From Mobula hypostoma (taxonomy: Eukaryota): a stretch of 64,000 nucleotides of DNA. The notes under the pieces were generated by a model that saw only the letters and a program-made list of their open reading frames with translations, was not told where the DNA came from and ran no database searches. Below, in pieces: positions 48,701-60,621 of the stretch (positions within the stretch are counted from its first letter, which is position 1; each line of letters begins with the position of its first letter). The stretch is taken from the NCBI RefSeq assembly GCF_963921235.1, contig NC_086097.1:251908001-251972000 (forward strand). Reading direction: 5' to 3'. The translations under genes and the position numbers were made by a program.

Positions 48701-51370
48701 TCCAGCAGTTTCCCCACCACCGACGTTAGGCTAACCGGCCTATAATTCCCCGGTTTCTCTCTCCCTCCTTTTTTAAAAAGTGGGGTTACATTAGCCACCC
48801 TCCAATCCTCAGGAACTAGTCCAGAATCTAACGAGTTTTGAAAAATTATCACTAATGCATCTACTATTTCTTGAGCCACTTCCTTAAGCACTCTGGGATG
48901 CAGACCATCTGGCCCTGGGGATTTATCTGCCTTCAATCCCTTCAATTTACCTAACACCACTTCCCTACTAACATGTATTTCGCTCACTTCCTCCATCTCA
49001 CTGGACCCTCTGTCCCTTACTATTTCTGGAAGATTATTTATGTCCTCCTTAGTGAAGACAGAACCAAAGTAATTATTCAATTGGTCTGCCATGTCCTTGC
49101 TCCCCATAATCAATTCACCTGTTTCTGTTTGCAGGGGACCTACATTTGTCTTTATCAGTCTTTTCCTTTTTACATATCTATAAAAGCTTTTACAGTCCGT
49201 TTTTATGTTCTCTGCCAGTTTTCTCTCATAATCTTTTTTCCCCTTCCTAATTAAGCCCTTTGTCCTCCTCTGCTGAACTCTGAATTTCTCCCAGTCCTCA
49301 GGTGAGCCACTTTCTCTGGCTAATTTGTATGCTACTTCTTTGGAATTGATACTATCCCTAATTTCTCTTGTCAGCCACGGGTGCACTACCTTCCTTGATT
49401 TATTCTTTTGCCAAACTGGGATGAACAATTGTTGTAGTTCATCCATGCAACCTTTAAATGCTTGCCATTGCATATCCACCGTCAATCCTTGAAGTGTCAT
49501 TTGCCAGTCTATCTTAGCTAGTTCATGTCTCATACCTTCAAAGTTACCCCTCTTTAAGTTCAGAACCTTTGTTTCTGAATTAACTACGTCACTCTCCATG
49601 TTAATGAAGAATTCCACCATATTATGGTCACTCTTACCCAAGGGGCCTCTCACGACAAGATCGCTAATTAACCCTTCCTCATTGCTCAAAACCCAGTCCA
49701 GAATAGCCTGCTCTCTAGTCGGTTCCTCGACATGTTGGTTCAAAAAACCATCCCGCATACATTCCAAGAAATCCTCTTCCTCAGCACCTTTACCAATTTG
49801 GTTCACCCAGTCTACATGTAGATTGAAGTCACCCATTATAACTGCTGTTCCTTTATTGCACACATTTCTAATTTCCTGTTTAATACCATCTCCGACCTCA
49901 CTACTACTGTTAGGTGGCCTGTACACAACTCCCACCAGCGTCTTCTGCCCCTTAGTGTTACGCAGCTCTACCCATATCGATTCCACATCTTCCCGGCTTA
50001 TGTCCTTCCTTTCTATTGCGTTAATCTCTTTTTTAACCAGCAACGCCACCCCACCTCCCCTTCCTTCGTGTCTATCCCTCCTGAATATTGAATATCCCTG
50101 AACGTTGAGCTCCCATCCCTGGTCACCCTGGAGCCATGTCTCTGTGATCCCAACTATATCATAATCATTAATAACAATCTGCACTCTCAATTCATCCATC
50201 TTATTACGAATGCTCCTTGCATTGACACATAAAGCCTTCAGGCGCTCTTTTACAACTCTCTTAGCCCTTTTTAATGCTTGCCCTGGATTTGTCGGCCTGC
50301 CACTTTTACTTTTCCCCTTTGTACTTTTTGCTTCTACGCTCACTTTACACCCCTCTGTCTCTCTGCACTGGTTCCCATCCCTCTGTTGTGAACTAACCTC
50401 CTCACACCTAGCCGCTTTAATTTGATATGAGGAGCATTTGGCAGCTTTGGTCCTGTACTCACTGGAATTTAGAAGAATATGTGGGAATCTCGTTGAAACC
50501 TACCGAATGTTGAAAGGACTAGATAGGGTGGATATGGAGAGGATGTTTCCTATGGTGGGGGGCATCTAGAACTAGAGAGCACAGCTTCAAAATTGAGGGG
50601 CGACCCTTTAGAATGGAGTTAAGGAGGAATTTTTTTAGCCAGAGAGAAGTGAATCTGTGGAATGTTCTGTCACAGACTGTGCTGGAGGCCAAGTCCGTGT
50701 GTATATTTAAAGTGGAAGTTGATCGTTTCCTGATCAGTGGGGGCATCAAAGGTTATGGCGAGAAGGCAGGTGAATGGGGTTAAGTGGGATCCGGGATCAG
50801 CCATGATAGAATGGCGGAGCAGACTCGATGGGCTGAATGGCCTAATTCTGCTCATGTCTTATGGCTCATGGGCCTCTGGTCTCCCTTTCCTGAACTCAAT
50901 CATCAGTTCTTTGGTCTTGCTGACATTGAGTGAGAAATTTTATTAAGACACCACTCAGCCAAGTTTTCCGTCTCCCTCCTGCTGGTATGCTGGTTCATCA
51001 CCATCTTTGATTCAGTAACAATAGTGGTGTCATATGGCATTGGGGCTGTGCTCAGCCACACAGTCAGAAGTGTAAAGCGAGTAGATCAGGGGGCTAAGCA
51101 CACAGCCTTGTGGTACGTCTGGGCTGATGGAGGTTGTGGAGGAGATATTCTTGCCAATCCGAACTGACTGGGGTCTGCAAGTGAGGAAATTGAGGATCCA
51201 ATTGCACAAGGAGGTAGTGAGGCCAAAGTTTTGAAGCTTGTGGATTAGTTTTAAATGCCAAGCCGTAGTGGATAAAGAGCATCCTGATGTACGCATCGTT
51301 GCTGTGTAGGTGTTCGAGGGTTGAGTGAAGAGTCAGTGAGATGGCATCTGCTGTGGTCCTGTTGTTCCAC
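45780..51370. mobile_element. Nested LINE stack in INTS8 intron: Rex1/Babar(-) containing CR1(+), which contains a LINE fragment (-, 46535-47228) and a young CR1 (-, 47342-50424)
   Basis: Rex/Babar stops at ~46215 and resumes at ~50865; the old CR1 reads CAGGCTGCACT|..|TTGGAGTATTG and TTAACATAT|..|ATATGAGGAGC. Confidence 0.8.
47440..50343 (-). CDS. CR1 LINE ORF2 with uninterrupted reading frame (APE endonuclease + reverse transcriptase)
   Basis: 967-aa ORF: VNARSI, ITETW, GDFN, SDH, YRPVSLTS, DFQKAFD, GVPQGSVLGP, KFADD, C-terminal TRGH; ATAGAAAC tail at ~47342-47360. Confidence 0.95.
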   Translation of the reverse strand: MSVEAKSTKGKSKSGRPTNPGQALKRAKRVVKERLKALCVNARSIRNKMDELRVQIVINDYDIVGITETWLQGDQGWELNVQGYSIFRRDRHEGRGGGVALLVKKEINAIERKDISREDVESIWVELRNTKGQKTLVGVVYRPPNSSSEVGDGIKQEIRNVCNKGTAVIMGDFNLHVDWVNQIGKGAEEEDFLECMRDGFLNQHVEEPTREQAILDWVLSNEEGLISDLVVRGPLGKSDHNMVEFFINMESDVVNSETKVLNLKRGNFEGMRHELAKIDWQMTLQGLTVDMQWQAFKGCMDELQQLFIPVWQKNKSRKVVHPWLTREIRDSINSKEVAYKLARESGSPEDWEKFRVQQRRTKGLIRKGKKDYERKLAENIKTDCKSFYRYVKRKRLIKTNVGPLQTETGELIMGSKDMADQLNNYFGSVFTKEDINNLPEIVRDRGSSEMEEVSEIHVSREVVLGKLKGLKADKSPGPDGLHPRVLKEVAQEIVDALVIIFQNSLDSGLVPEDWRVANVTPLFKKGGREKPGNYRPVSLTSVVGKLLESVIKDVITAHLESGEMIGQSQHGFVKGKSCLTNLIEFFEDVTSRVDRGEPVDVVYLDFQKAFDKVPHRRLVCKLKAHGIGGKVLVWVENWLADRKQRVGINGTFSEWQAVTSGVPQGSVLGPQLFTIYINDLDEGIKCSISKFADDTKLGGSVSSEEDAKRMQGDLDRLGEWANSWQMQFNVDKCEVIHFGGKNRKTDYYLNGGRLGKGEVQRDLGVIIHQSLKVGMQVQQAVKKANGMLAFIARGFEYRSREVLLQLYKALVRPHLEYCVQFWSPNLRKDIFAIEGVQRRFTRLIPGMAGLSYEERLDELGLYSLEFRRLRGDLLETYKILKGLDRLDAGRLFPMLGRSRTRGHSLRIERKPFRTEVRKNFFTQRVVNLWNSLPQQTVEASSLAMFKRKLDMALVATGVRGYGGKAGF

Positions 51371-53475
51371 GTTGTCACGGTTCTGGTATCATTGTTTCTC
51401 AGCTTTTCTTTAGACAGACGATGTCATTCAAAGTGTTTACCATGCGATAAAGTGCAAATGGGAAAATAAAAGACAAAATGATGTTCATTCAAAGCAAGAT
51501 TAAATAAATAGGTTTTGAGCTGGTGTTTAAAAGCATCAGCAGAGTCTCCATCCCTTATAATTATAGGTACTGAGTTCCACAGTTCAGGAGCATAGTCCAA
51601 AAGAGCTGACCTGCCAATTATCTTTTGAGGGAGATTGTTTAATTTTAAGGGACTGATGGAAGAAGACCTGAGAGCTCAAGCAGGGTTTTAAAACAAAAAT
51701 GATTGTGGGATTATTCTGGTCTCAGATCATTGAGGGCTTTTAAAAGCAAACAAACTTTAAAATCCTGCGCCAGACAATTTCAGTAGCTTTTACCTTTGTA
51801 CAAGGAAGGCACGTTAGTGACTCTATTAGGTGTTTGGGGAGATTGGTACATCACCAAAGACTACAGCAAATTTTTACAGATGTACCACGGAGAACATTCG
51901 AACTGGTTGCATCACCGTCTGGTCTGGAGGGGCCACTGCACAGGATCACAAAAAGCTGCAGAATGTTGTAAATTCAGCCAGTTCCATTATGAGTACTAGC
52001 CCCCCCAACATCAAAAAATCTTCTCTTTTCACACACTCAACGATTCAGGAACAGCTTCTTCCCCTCTGTCATAAGATTACTGAATGAACAATGAACCCAT
52101 GAACTCTGCTTCACTATTTTTGGATTTCTTTTTACACTACCTATTCAATATGTATTTTAAATATGTATGTATTTTATTGTAATTTATATTTTTATGTAGG
52201 CTAGTGTCTTCCTGAGACTGGGGTGATCAACCTCCAATAATTACAGCCATCTTCCCTTGTGTGAAACACAAGTCTGGACACCCATTGGCCAGTGTGCATA
52301 ACGCTACACTCAGTAACTGGTGTCAGTGATTCAAATTCATTTACCTCTACAGCGGTACATCGAGACAAGCGTCAGCCAGCACAACTTAAGGATATGCCGG
52401 GGCAGCCCACAGGTGTCAAAGATCAGAATTGAAAGTAAATTTATTATCAGAGTCTGTACCTGTCACTTTACAACCCTGAGATTCATTGTCTTGTGGGCAT
52501 TCATAGTAAATAGAAAGAAACGCAATAGAATCGATAAAAAACCTTACACAACATAAACGGACAAACAATCAATGTATAAACGTTTGTACAAAAGACGACA
52601 AACTGTGGATATACACTACTGTGCAGAAGACTTGAGCATTCTAGCCGTATATATGTGGAAATATATACACACGTACACCTAAGACTGGCACGGGACCTGT
52701 ACTTGTCAACATGGAACAGAGAGTGAGTTTGTAAATCTGGTGGGAGCGAAGGATGTTGTAAATGGTGAGGCTGGAGTGCTGCGGGAGGGGTGTGGGACTG
52801 GTGGCAGAGAGTGAGTGGCTGGCACAGGGAGAGTGGTGTGGGTGCAGACACACCAGCCCTGAGACACCAGGCAAGGTCATTTGATTCCTAACAATTGGTT
52901 TGTTGATCATTACAGAACGTCCCTCTGGTGCTTCCGTCTCCCTTCTTTTCCCAACCATGATTCCCCTCTCCCTACCCTCATTCGCCAACAGAGACCCATA
53001 TCGGAATTTGGTTTATCATCACTCACATATGTCATGGAACTTGTTTCTTTTTGTGGCAGTACAGTGCAATACATAAAATTACTACAGTACTATGTAAAGT
53101 CTTAGGCACATATACAAGACAAAAAAAAGTAATAAATATTGAGAACTCATTCTAGCACCAACATATTAGGCTAATATTTGGCTGAACAACACAGAACACA
53201 AGAAGAAACAAAACAACATCAAAATAAGCCTGCTTTCTCGGTCCCTCCCACCCACCTAGCCACGCACACGGTCACATGGAGAAAGTACAAGTTCCTCACA
53301 GCGTGTGGTAGGACTTGAATTCTGATCTTCCACTGATACTAACAGCAAGGCTACTGTGCCTTTCCACCAAATACATAGTTTTTTTTATCATTGACTTTTT
53401 TTTCTGAGTGGGAAGGGGAAGAAGAGACATAAATTTTCTCTTGGTTTAATATCCTTCTGTGTTTTCAGGAGCAGA

Positions 53476-53605
53476 ATGAGTGCGGAAGCAGCTGATCGGG
53501 AGGCAGTAACCTCCAGTCGACCCTGCACTCCACCTCAAACCATCTGGTTTGAGTTCTTATTGGACGAAGGATTGCTGGAAAAACACTTACAAAAATCTTA
53601 CCCAG
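53476..53605 (+). CDS. INTS8: Integrator complex subunit 8, first coding exon (gene continues beyond window)
   Basis: Acceptor ttttcag| at 53467-53468, ATG 53476, donor CCAG|gtatgt at 53605/53606; MSAEAADREAVTSSRPCTPPQTIWFEFLLDEGLLEKHLQKSYP matches the vertebrate INTS8 N-terminus as I recall it. Below the ORF-track length cutoff. Confidence 0.93.
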
Positions 53606-53959
53606 GTATGTTGGTCGTGTAGAAGTTAGCACAAATCTATTACAGCTTGGGGAGTCAGTTCAGAGTTCAGTTCCACCGTCTTATGTAACGAGTCTGTACG
53701 TCCTCCCCGTGGAATGCGTGGATTTTCTCCGGGTGCTTGGGTTTCCACCCACAGTCCAAAGACGTACCCCTTAGTAGGTTAATTGGTCATTGTAAGTTGA
53801 CCTAAAGTGAGGCTTGGCTTAAATGGGCCTATTCCATGGTGTCTCTAAACATTTAAAAATAATCCTGCCCCAGGAAGGCTATGCAAAACTACAGTTTTAC
53901 AACTACTGGTCCAAATGCTCCAGTGAGCACTGTTATATCATCATAGCGGGCTTATTTTG

Positions 53960-56240
53960 TTAAGTGTGTCCAGTACGGATGCCAGTCACCATATGTTGAC
54001 AGGCCGACCAGGGGGAATGTCATACTAGATCTAGTACTAGGTAATGAACCGGGTCAGGTCACAGATCTCTCAGTGGGTGAGCATCTGGGGGACAGTGACC
54101 ACCAATCCCTGGCCTTTAGCATTATCATGGAAAAGGATAGAATCAGAGAGGACAGGAAAATTTTTAATTGGGGAAGGGCAAATTATGAGGCTATAAGGCT
54201 AGAACTTGCGGGTGTGAATTGGGATGATGTTTTTGCAGGGAAATGTACTATGGACATGTGGTCGATGTTTAGGGATCTCTTGTAGGATGTTAGGGATAAA
54301 TTTGTCCCAGTGAGGAAGATGAAGAATGGTAGGATGAAGGAACCATGGGTGACAAGTGAGGTGGAAAATCTAGTCAGGTGGAAGAAGGCAGCATACATGA
54401 GGTTTAGGAAGCAAGGATCAGATAGGTCTATTGAGGAATATAGGGAAGCAAGAAAGGAGCTTAAGAAGGGGCTGAGAAGAGCAAGAAGGGGGCATGAGAA
54501 GGCCTTGGCGAGTAGGGTAAAGGAAAACCCCAAGGCATTCTTCAATTATGTGAAGAAAAAAAGGATGACAGGAGTGAAGGTAGAACCGATTAGAGATAAA
54601 GGTGGGAAGATGCGCCTGGAGGCTGTGGAAGTGAGTGAGGTCCTCAATGAATACTTCTCTTCGGTATTCACCAATGAGAGGGAACTTGATGATGGTGAGG
54701 ACAATATGAGTGAGGTTGATGTTCTGGAGCATGTTGATATTAAGGGAGAGGAGGTGTTGGAGTTGTTAAAATACATTAGGACAGATAAGTCCCTGGGGCC
54801 TGACGGAATACTCCCCAGGCTGCTTCACAAAGCGAGGGAAAAGACTGCTGAGCCTCTGGCTAGGATCTTTATATCCCTGTTGTCCATGGGAATGGTACCG
54901 GAGGATTGGAGGGAGGCGAATGTTGTCCCCTTGTTCAAAAAAGGTAGTAGAGATACTGCAGGTAATTATAGACCAGTGAGCCTTACGGCTGTGGTGGGAA
55001 AGCTGTTGGAAAAGATCCTTAGAGATAGGATCTATGGGCTTTTAGAGAATCATGGTCTGATCAGAGACAGACATCATGGCTTTGTGAAGGGCAGATCGTG
55101 TCTAACAAGCCTGCTAGAGTTCTTTGAGGAGGTGACCAGGTATATAGATGAGGGTAGTGCAGTGGATGTGATCTATATGGATTTTGGTGAGGCATTTGAC
55201 AAGGTTCCACACGGTAGGCTTATTCAGAAAGTCAGAAGGCATGGGATTCAGGGAAGTTTGGCCAGGTGGATTCAGAATTGGCTTGCCTGCAGAAGGCAGA
55301 GGGTGGTGGTGGAGAGAGTACATTTGGATTGGAGGATTGTGACTAGTGGTGTCCCACAAGGATCTGTTCTGGGAAGTCTACTTTTCGTAATTTTTATTAA
55401 TGACCTGGATGTAGGGGTAGAGAGTTGGGTTGGCAAGTTTGCAGACAACACAAATGGTGGTGTTGTTGTAGATAGTGTAGAGAATTGTCGAAGATTGCAG
55501 AGAGACATTGATAGGTTGCAGAAGTGGGCTGAGAAGTGGCAGATGGAGTGTAACCCAGAGAAGTGTGAGGTGGTACACTTTGGAAGGACAAACTCCAAGG
55601 CAGAGTACAAAGTAAATGGCAGGATACCTGGTAGTGTGGAGGAGCAGAGGGATCTGGGGGTACATGTCCACAGATCCCTGAAAGTTGCCTCACAGGTAGA
55701 TAGGGTAGTTAAGAAAGCTTATGGGGTGTTAGCTTTCATAAGTCGAGGGATAGAGTTTAAGAGTCGAGAGGTAATGATGCAGCTCTATAAAACTCTGGTT
55801 AGGCCACACTTGGAGTACTGTGTCCAGTTCTGGTCACCTCACTATAGGAAAGATGTGGAAGCATTGGAAAGGGTACAGAGGAGATTTACCAGGATGCTGC
55901 CTGGTTTAGAAAGTATGCATTATGATCAGAGATTAAGGGAGCTAGGGCTTTACTCCTTGGAGAGAAGGATGATAAGAGGAGACATGATAGAGGTGTAAAA
56001 GATAATAAGAGGAATAGATAGAGTGGATAGCCAGCGCCTCTTCCCCAGGGCACCACTGCTCAATACAAGAGGACATGGCTTTAAGGTAAGGGGTGGGAAG
56101 TTCAAGGGGGATATTAGAGGAAGGTTTTTTACTCAGAGAGTGGTTGGTGCGTGGAATGCACTGCCTGAGTCGGTGGAGGCAGATACACTAGTGAAGTGTA
56201 AGAGACGACTAGACAGGTATATGGAGGAATTTAAGGTGTT
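53960..56240 (+). mobile_element. CR1 ORF2 fragment, 5'-truncated, with stops; catalytic motif mutated (FADN)
   Basis: ORFs 54073, 54310-55998 and 56023 with CR1 EN/RT motifs. Confidence 0.95.
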
Positions 56241-56788
56241 CTATGGAGGGCTGCGGTCCCGGTGCAGGTAGATGGGAGTCGGCAGTTTAAATGGTTTCAC
56301 CACGGACTAAATGGGCTGAAAGGCCTGTTTCTGTGCTGTACTTCTCTGTGACTATGACTAAGTCATAGTTTGTGGTAGCACTGGACTCGGACTTCCGAGG
56401 TGGGGAGAGTGGAACTGTCCTAGTGCAACGGCTTTTCCACTTTAAAAACTCTCCCGCACAGGTTTCCTGTCAACATTGGACACAATGAACAACCACTGTG
56501 CTTCATGTAAAGCTGTGTCTATCACTGTGTCCTTTCTGTACCAGAAGTGAAAGTGAAATATCAAGCTATTTGACAAAAATTAGCGACAAGAAGGAAACTA
56601 TTGCAATGCCCAATGAAGTGTCTCAGCCCAAATAAAAAAAACTGTTTCCCTCCAAAGATGCTGCCTGGCTTGCTGAGTTCCTGCAGCATTTTGTGTGGTT
56701 ATCGCAGTAAATATCACCCTTTAAATATTTTAAAGGATGTTTTGAAAATGTATTACACAAGTTATTAGAAATTTAGCAGTATGATGTG

Positions 56789-58409
56789 CAGTGGTATGCA
56801 AAAGTTTGGGCACCCCTGGTCAAAATTTCTCTTACTGTGAATAGCCAAGCGGGTAAAAGATGACCTGATTTCCAAAAGGCATAAAGTTAAAGATGATACA
56901 TTTCTTTAATATTTTAAGCAGGATTACTTTTTTACTTCCGTCTTTTATGTTTCAAAATAACAAAAAAGAAAAATGCCCAAAGCAAAAGTTTGGGCACCCT
57001 GCATGGTCAGTACTTAGTAACACCCCATTTGGCAAGTATCACAGCTTGTAAACGCTTTCTGTGGCCAGCTAAGAGTCTTTCAATTCTTGTTTGGGGGATT
57101 TTCACCCATTCTTCCTTGCAAAAGGCTTCTAGTTCTGTGAGATTCTTGGGCCGTCTTGAATGCACTGCTCTTTTGAGGTCTATCCACTGATTCTCGATGA
57201 TGTTTAGGTCGGGGGACTGTGAGGGCCATGGCAAAACCTTCAGCTTGTGCCTCTTGAGGTAGTCCATTGTGGATTTTGAGGTGTATTTAGGATCATTATC
57301 CTGTTGTAGAAGCCATCCTCTTTTCATCTTCGGCTTTTTTACAGACGGTGTGATGTTTACTTCCAGAATTTGCTGGTATTTAATTGAATTCATTCTTCCC
57401 TCTACCAGTAAATGTTCCCCGTGTCACTGGCTGCAACACAAGCCCAAAGCATGATCGATCCACCCCCATGCTTAATAGTTGGAGAGGGGTTCTTGTCATG
57501 AAATTCTGCACCCTTTTTTCTCCAAACATACCTTTGCTCAATGTGGCCAAAAAGTTCTTATTTTAACTTCATCAGTCCACAGGACTTGTTTCCAAAATGA
57601 ATCAGCCTTGTTTAGATGTTCCTTTGCTAACTTCTGACGCTGAATTTTGTGGTGAGGACGCAGGAAAGGTTTTCTTCTGATGACTCTTCCATGAAGGTCA
57701 TATTTGTGCAGGTGTCGCTGCACAGTAGAACAGCGCACCACCACTCCAGAGTCTGCTAAATCTTCCTGAAGGTTTTTTGCAGTCAAAAGGGGGTTTTGAT
57801 TTGCCTTTCTAGCAATCCTACGAGCAGTTCTCTCGGAAAATTTGCTTGGTCTTCCAGACCTCAATTTGACCTCCACCGTTCCTGTTAACTGCCATTTCTT
57901 AATTACATTACGAACTGAGGAAACAGCTACCTGAAAACGCTTTGCTATCTTCTTATAGCCTTCTCCTGCTTTGTGGGACAAAATTTATTTTAATTTCCAG
58001 AGTTCTAGGCAGCTGCTTAGAGGAGCCCATGGTTGCTGATTGTTGGGACAGGGTTTGAGGAGTCAGGGTATTTATAAAACTTTGAAATTTGCATCACCTG
58101 GCCTTTCCTAACGATGACTGTGAACAAGCCGTAGCCCTAACAAGCTAATTAAGGTCTGAGACCTTGGTAAAAATTATCTGAGAGCTCAAATCTCTTGGGA
58201 TGCCCAAACTTTTGCATGGTGCTCCTTTCCTTTTTTTCACTCTAAAATTGTACAAAACAAAAATAATACACTAATCTTGCTTAAAATGTTGAAAGGAATG
58301 TTTCATCTTTAACTTTATGACTTTTGGAGATCAGTTCATCTTCAACTCGCTTAGCTATTCAGAGTAACAGAAATTTTGACCGGGGTACCCAAACCTTTGC
58401 ATGCCAGTG
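56789..58409 (-). mobile_element. Full-length Tc1-family (IR/DR-type) transposon, frameshifted transposase at 57007-58030
   Basis: ~210-bp TIRs starting CAGTGGTATGCAAAAGTTTGGGCACC with inner direct repeat GCAAAAGTTTGGGCA; TA at 58410; motifs WTDE, QQDNDPKY, SPDLNIIEN, paired-like GRP HTH. Confidence 0.93.
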
Positions 58410-60621
58410 TATATCAACAGCAAAAAGCATTGTATTTAAAATATGAAAACGTGTTAGTTCCTTATAAGAATATCCATTTCACCTTGCTTTTTATGTGAAA
58501 ATAGAAGACAGCGCACACAACAGAGGCCTTTGCATTCTGCTTCTTGAATGAGATATTCCTTAGTTAATTCCTAATCTCTGGTTTAATAAAATTACCTTAG
58601 ATAATTCTCAAAGATGTAAAAAATGCCATTTTTTTGGTCTAAAGTCACAAAAGGTGGGGTTTTTACCCAATCTCTTTTAAGTTAACTGCTTCAAGCTGTG
58701 TCCCCACTAATACTACTAATTGATCACTGTGGCATCCACCATACTGGAGAAGCAATGTCTCTGAGCTATCAACTGCTCCTTGTAGGTAGCTTCTTGGACC
58801 TAATCAAATGCTTTTATTGATTTTGTATGCATATGCCATCTTTTATTGAAATATCAGGCTTGAGTATTTAAACTATACATGGCTCTCTAAACTTGCAATG
58901 GTAAGTTCATAAGACATAGAACAGAATTAGGTCACTGGGCCAAATACCATTCCATTATGCCTGATTTGTTGTCTCAACCCCATTCTCCTGCCTTCTCCCC
59001 ATAACCTTTGATGTCCTTGCTAATCAAGGAACTATCAACTTCAGCTGTAAATATACCCAGTGACTTGACCTCCACAGCTGTCTGTGGCAATGAATTCGAC
59101 TGATTAACTACCTCTGGCTAAGGAAATTCCTCCTCATTTCTGTCATAAAGGGATGTCATTCTATTCTGAGGCTGTGCCCTCTAGTCCTAGACTGTCCTCT
59201 ATTGGAAACATTCTGTCTAGGCCTTTCAATATTCAATAGGTTTCAGTGAGATCCATCTCTCACTCTTCCAAATTCCGGTGAGTACAGGCCCAGAGCCATC
59301 AAACACTCCTTAGGAGTTAACCCTTGCATTCTTGTGAACCTCCTCTAGAGTCTCTCCAACGCCAGCACAGTCCTAATGAAGGGTACTGGCCTGAAACGCC
59401 AACTCTTTACTCTTTTCCCTAGATGCTATCTGGCACTCTGAGTTCCTCCGGCATTTTGTGTGTGTTATATGCTTTCTTAAACGTGGGGCTCAAATTACAC
59501 ATAGGTCAACGTGTTCCTGCTGGATGTGAGGAAAGTCCCACTAACTAATCGATTTTAACACCAGGCCAAATTGGAAAGGTCAAGTAGGGGTTGAATCATG
59601 GCGGCAAAATGCAGGCCCCAGTCTGTCCGAGAGCAAGGGACAGCCCGATGTTTGTGCCGAGTCTCATTGAAAAGGTCAGGGTGTTGGGACTGGAGCTGAG
59701 GGAGGGGCCGGTTCTGCCTGGTTCTGCTCATTACTCTGCAACGTTCACTCAGCTCTGTGCTGAAAGGAGGCTGTGGCCTGCTCTGGCTGCAGGGATGCCA
59801 AGCCTGATGTCTTTCATAAATCTTCAGTTCTGATGCTAAAGCAACTTACACAAAATGCTGGAGGGACTCAGCAGGCCTGGTAGCATCTCTGGAAAAGAGT
59901 AAACAGTCAACGTTTCGGGCCGAGACCCTTCATCAGGAAGGGTCCCAATGAAGTGCCTGAACCTGAACTGTCGACTCATTTCCATAGATACTGCCTGACC
60001 TGTTAAGTTTCTCCAGCATTTTGTGTATGTTTCTCTGGATTTCCAGCATCTGCGATTTTCTCATAGTTCTGAAGCTGTTTGTTTACTTTTATTGTTTGAA
60101 TGATTTGTTGTTTTCCTCTGCACATTGGTGTTTGACGGCCTATTTTTAATGGGTTCTTATGGGGTTTCTTTGTTCTGTGGCTGCCTGTAAGGAGACAAAT
60201 CTCAAAGTTGTATCATGTATGCATACTTTGATAATAAATGTACTTTTGTGTGACTTAGTTCTCTAACCAAGTCTTTTTTTTTGAGGGACAGGAGCCAAAT
60301 TGTGGTTGTTCTGTGTGGGGAAAGAATTATTTAAATATGTCTACAAGCTCACAGCAGTTTTGATCTCAATGTACCAATGGTTGTAATTAGTGAAATTCCA
60401 GACACTGTTGTTTGGGCTGATGATGGAGCTTCTTGTCTTTGCCAGAGAGTGGTAGCAGTGGGCTGGTGAAATGATCAATTTAATCATACAGTACAGAGAA
60501 AGGCCATTCCGCCCAACCAGTCCCTGCTGACCAAGATTGAAGCTGGTCCGATATTTATTTAGCAATACAGTGTGGGGTACGCCCCTCCGTTCCCTCAAGC
60601 TGCACCCAATCAACCCTACCC

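Noticed and set aside
47822..50425. Plus-strand ORFs antisense to CR1 ORF2
   Set aside because: Shadow ORFs of the LINE coding strand.
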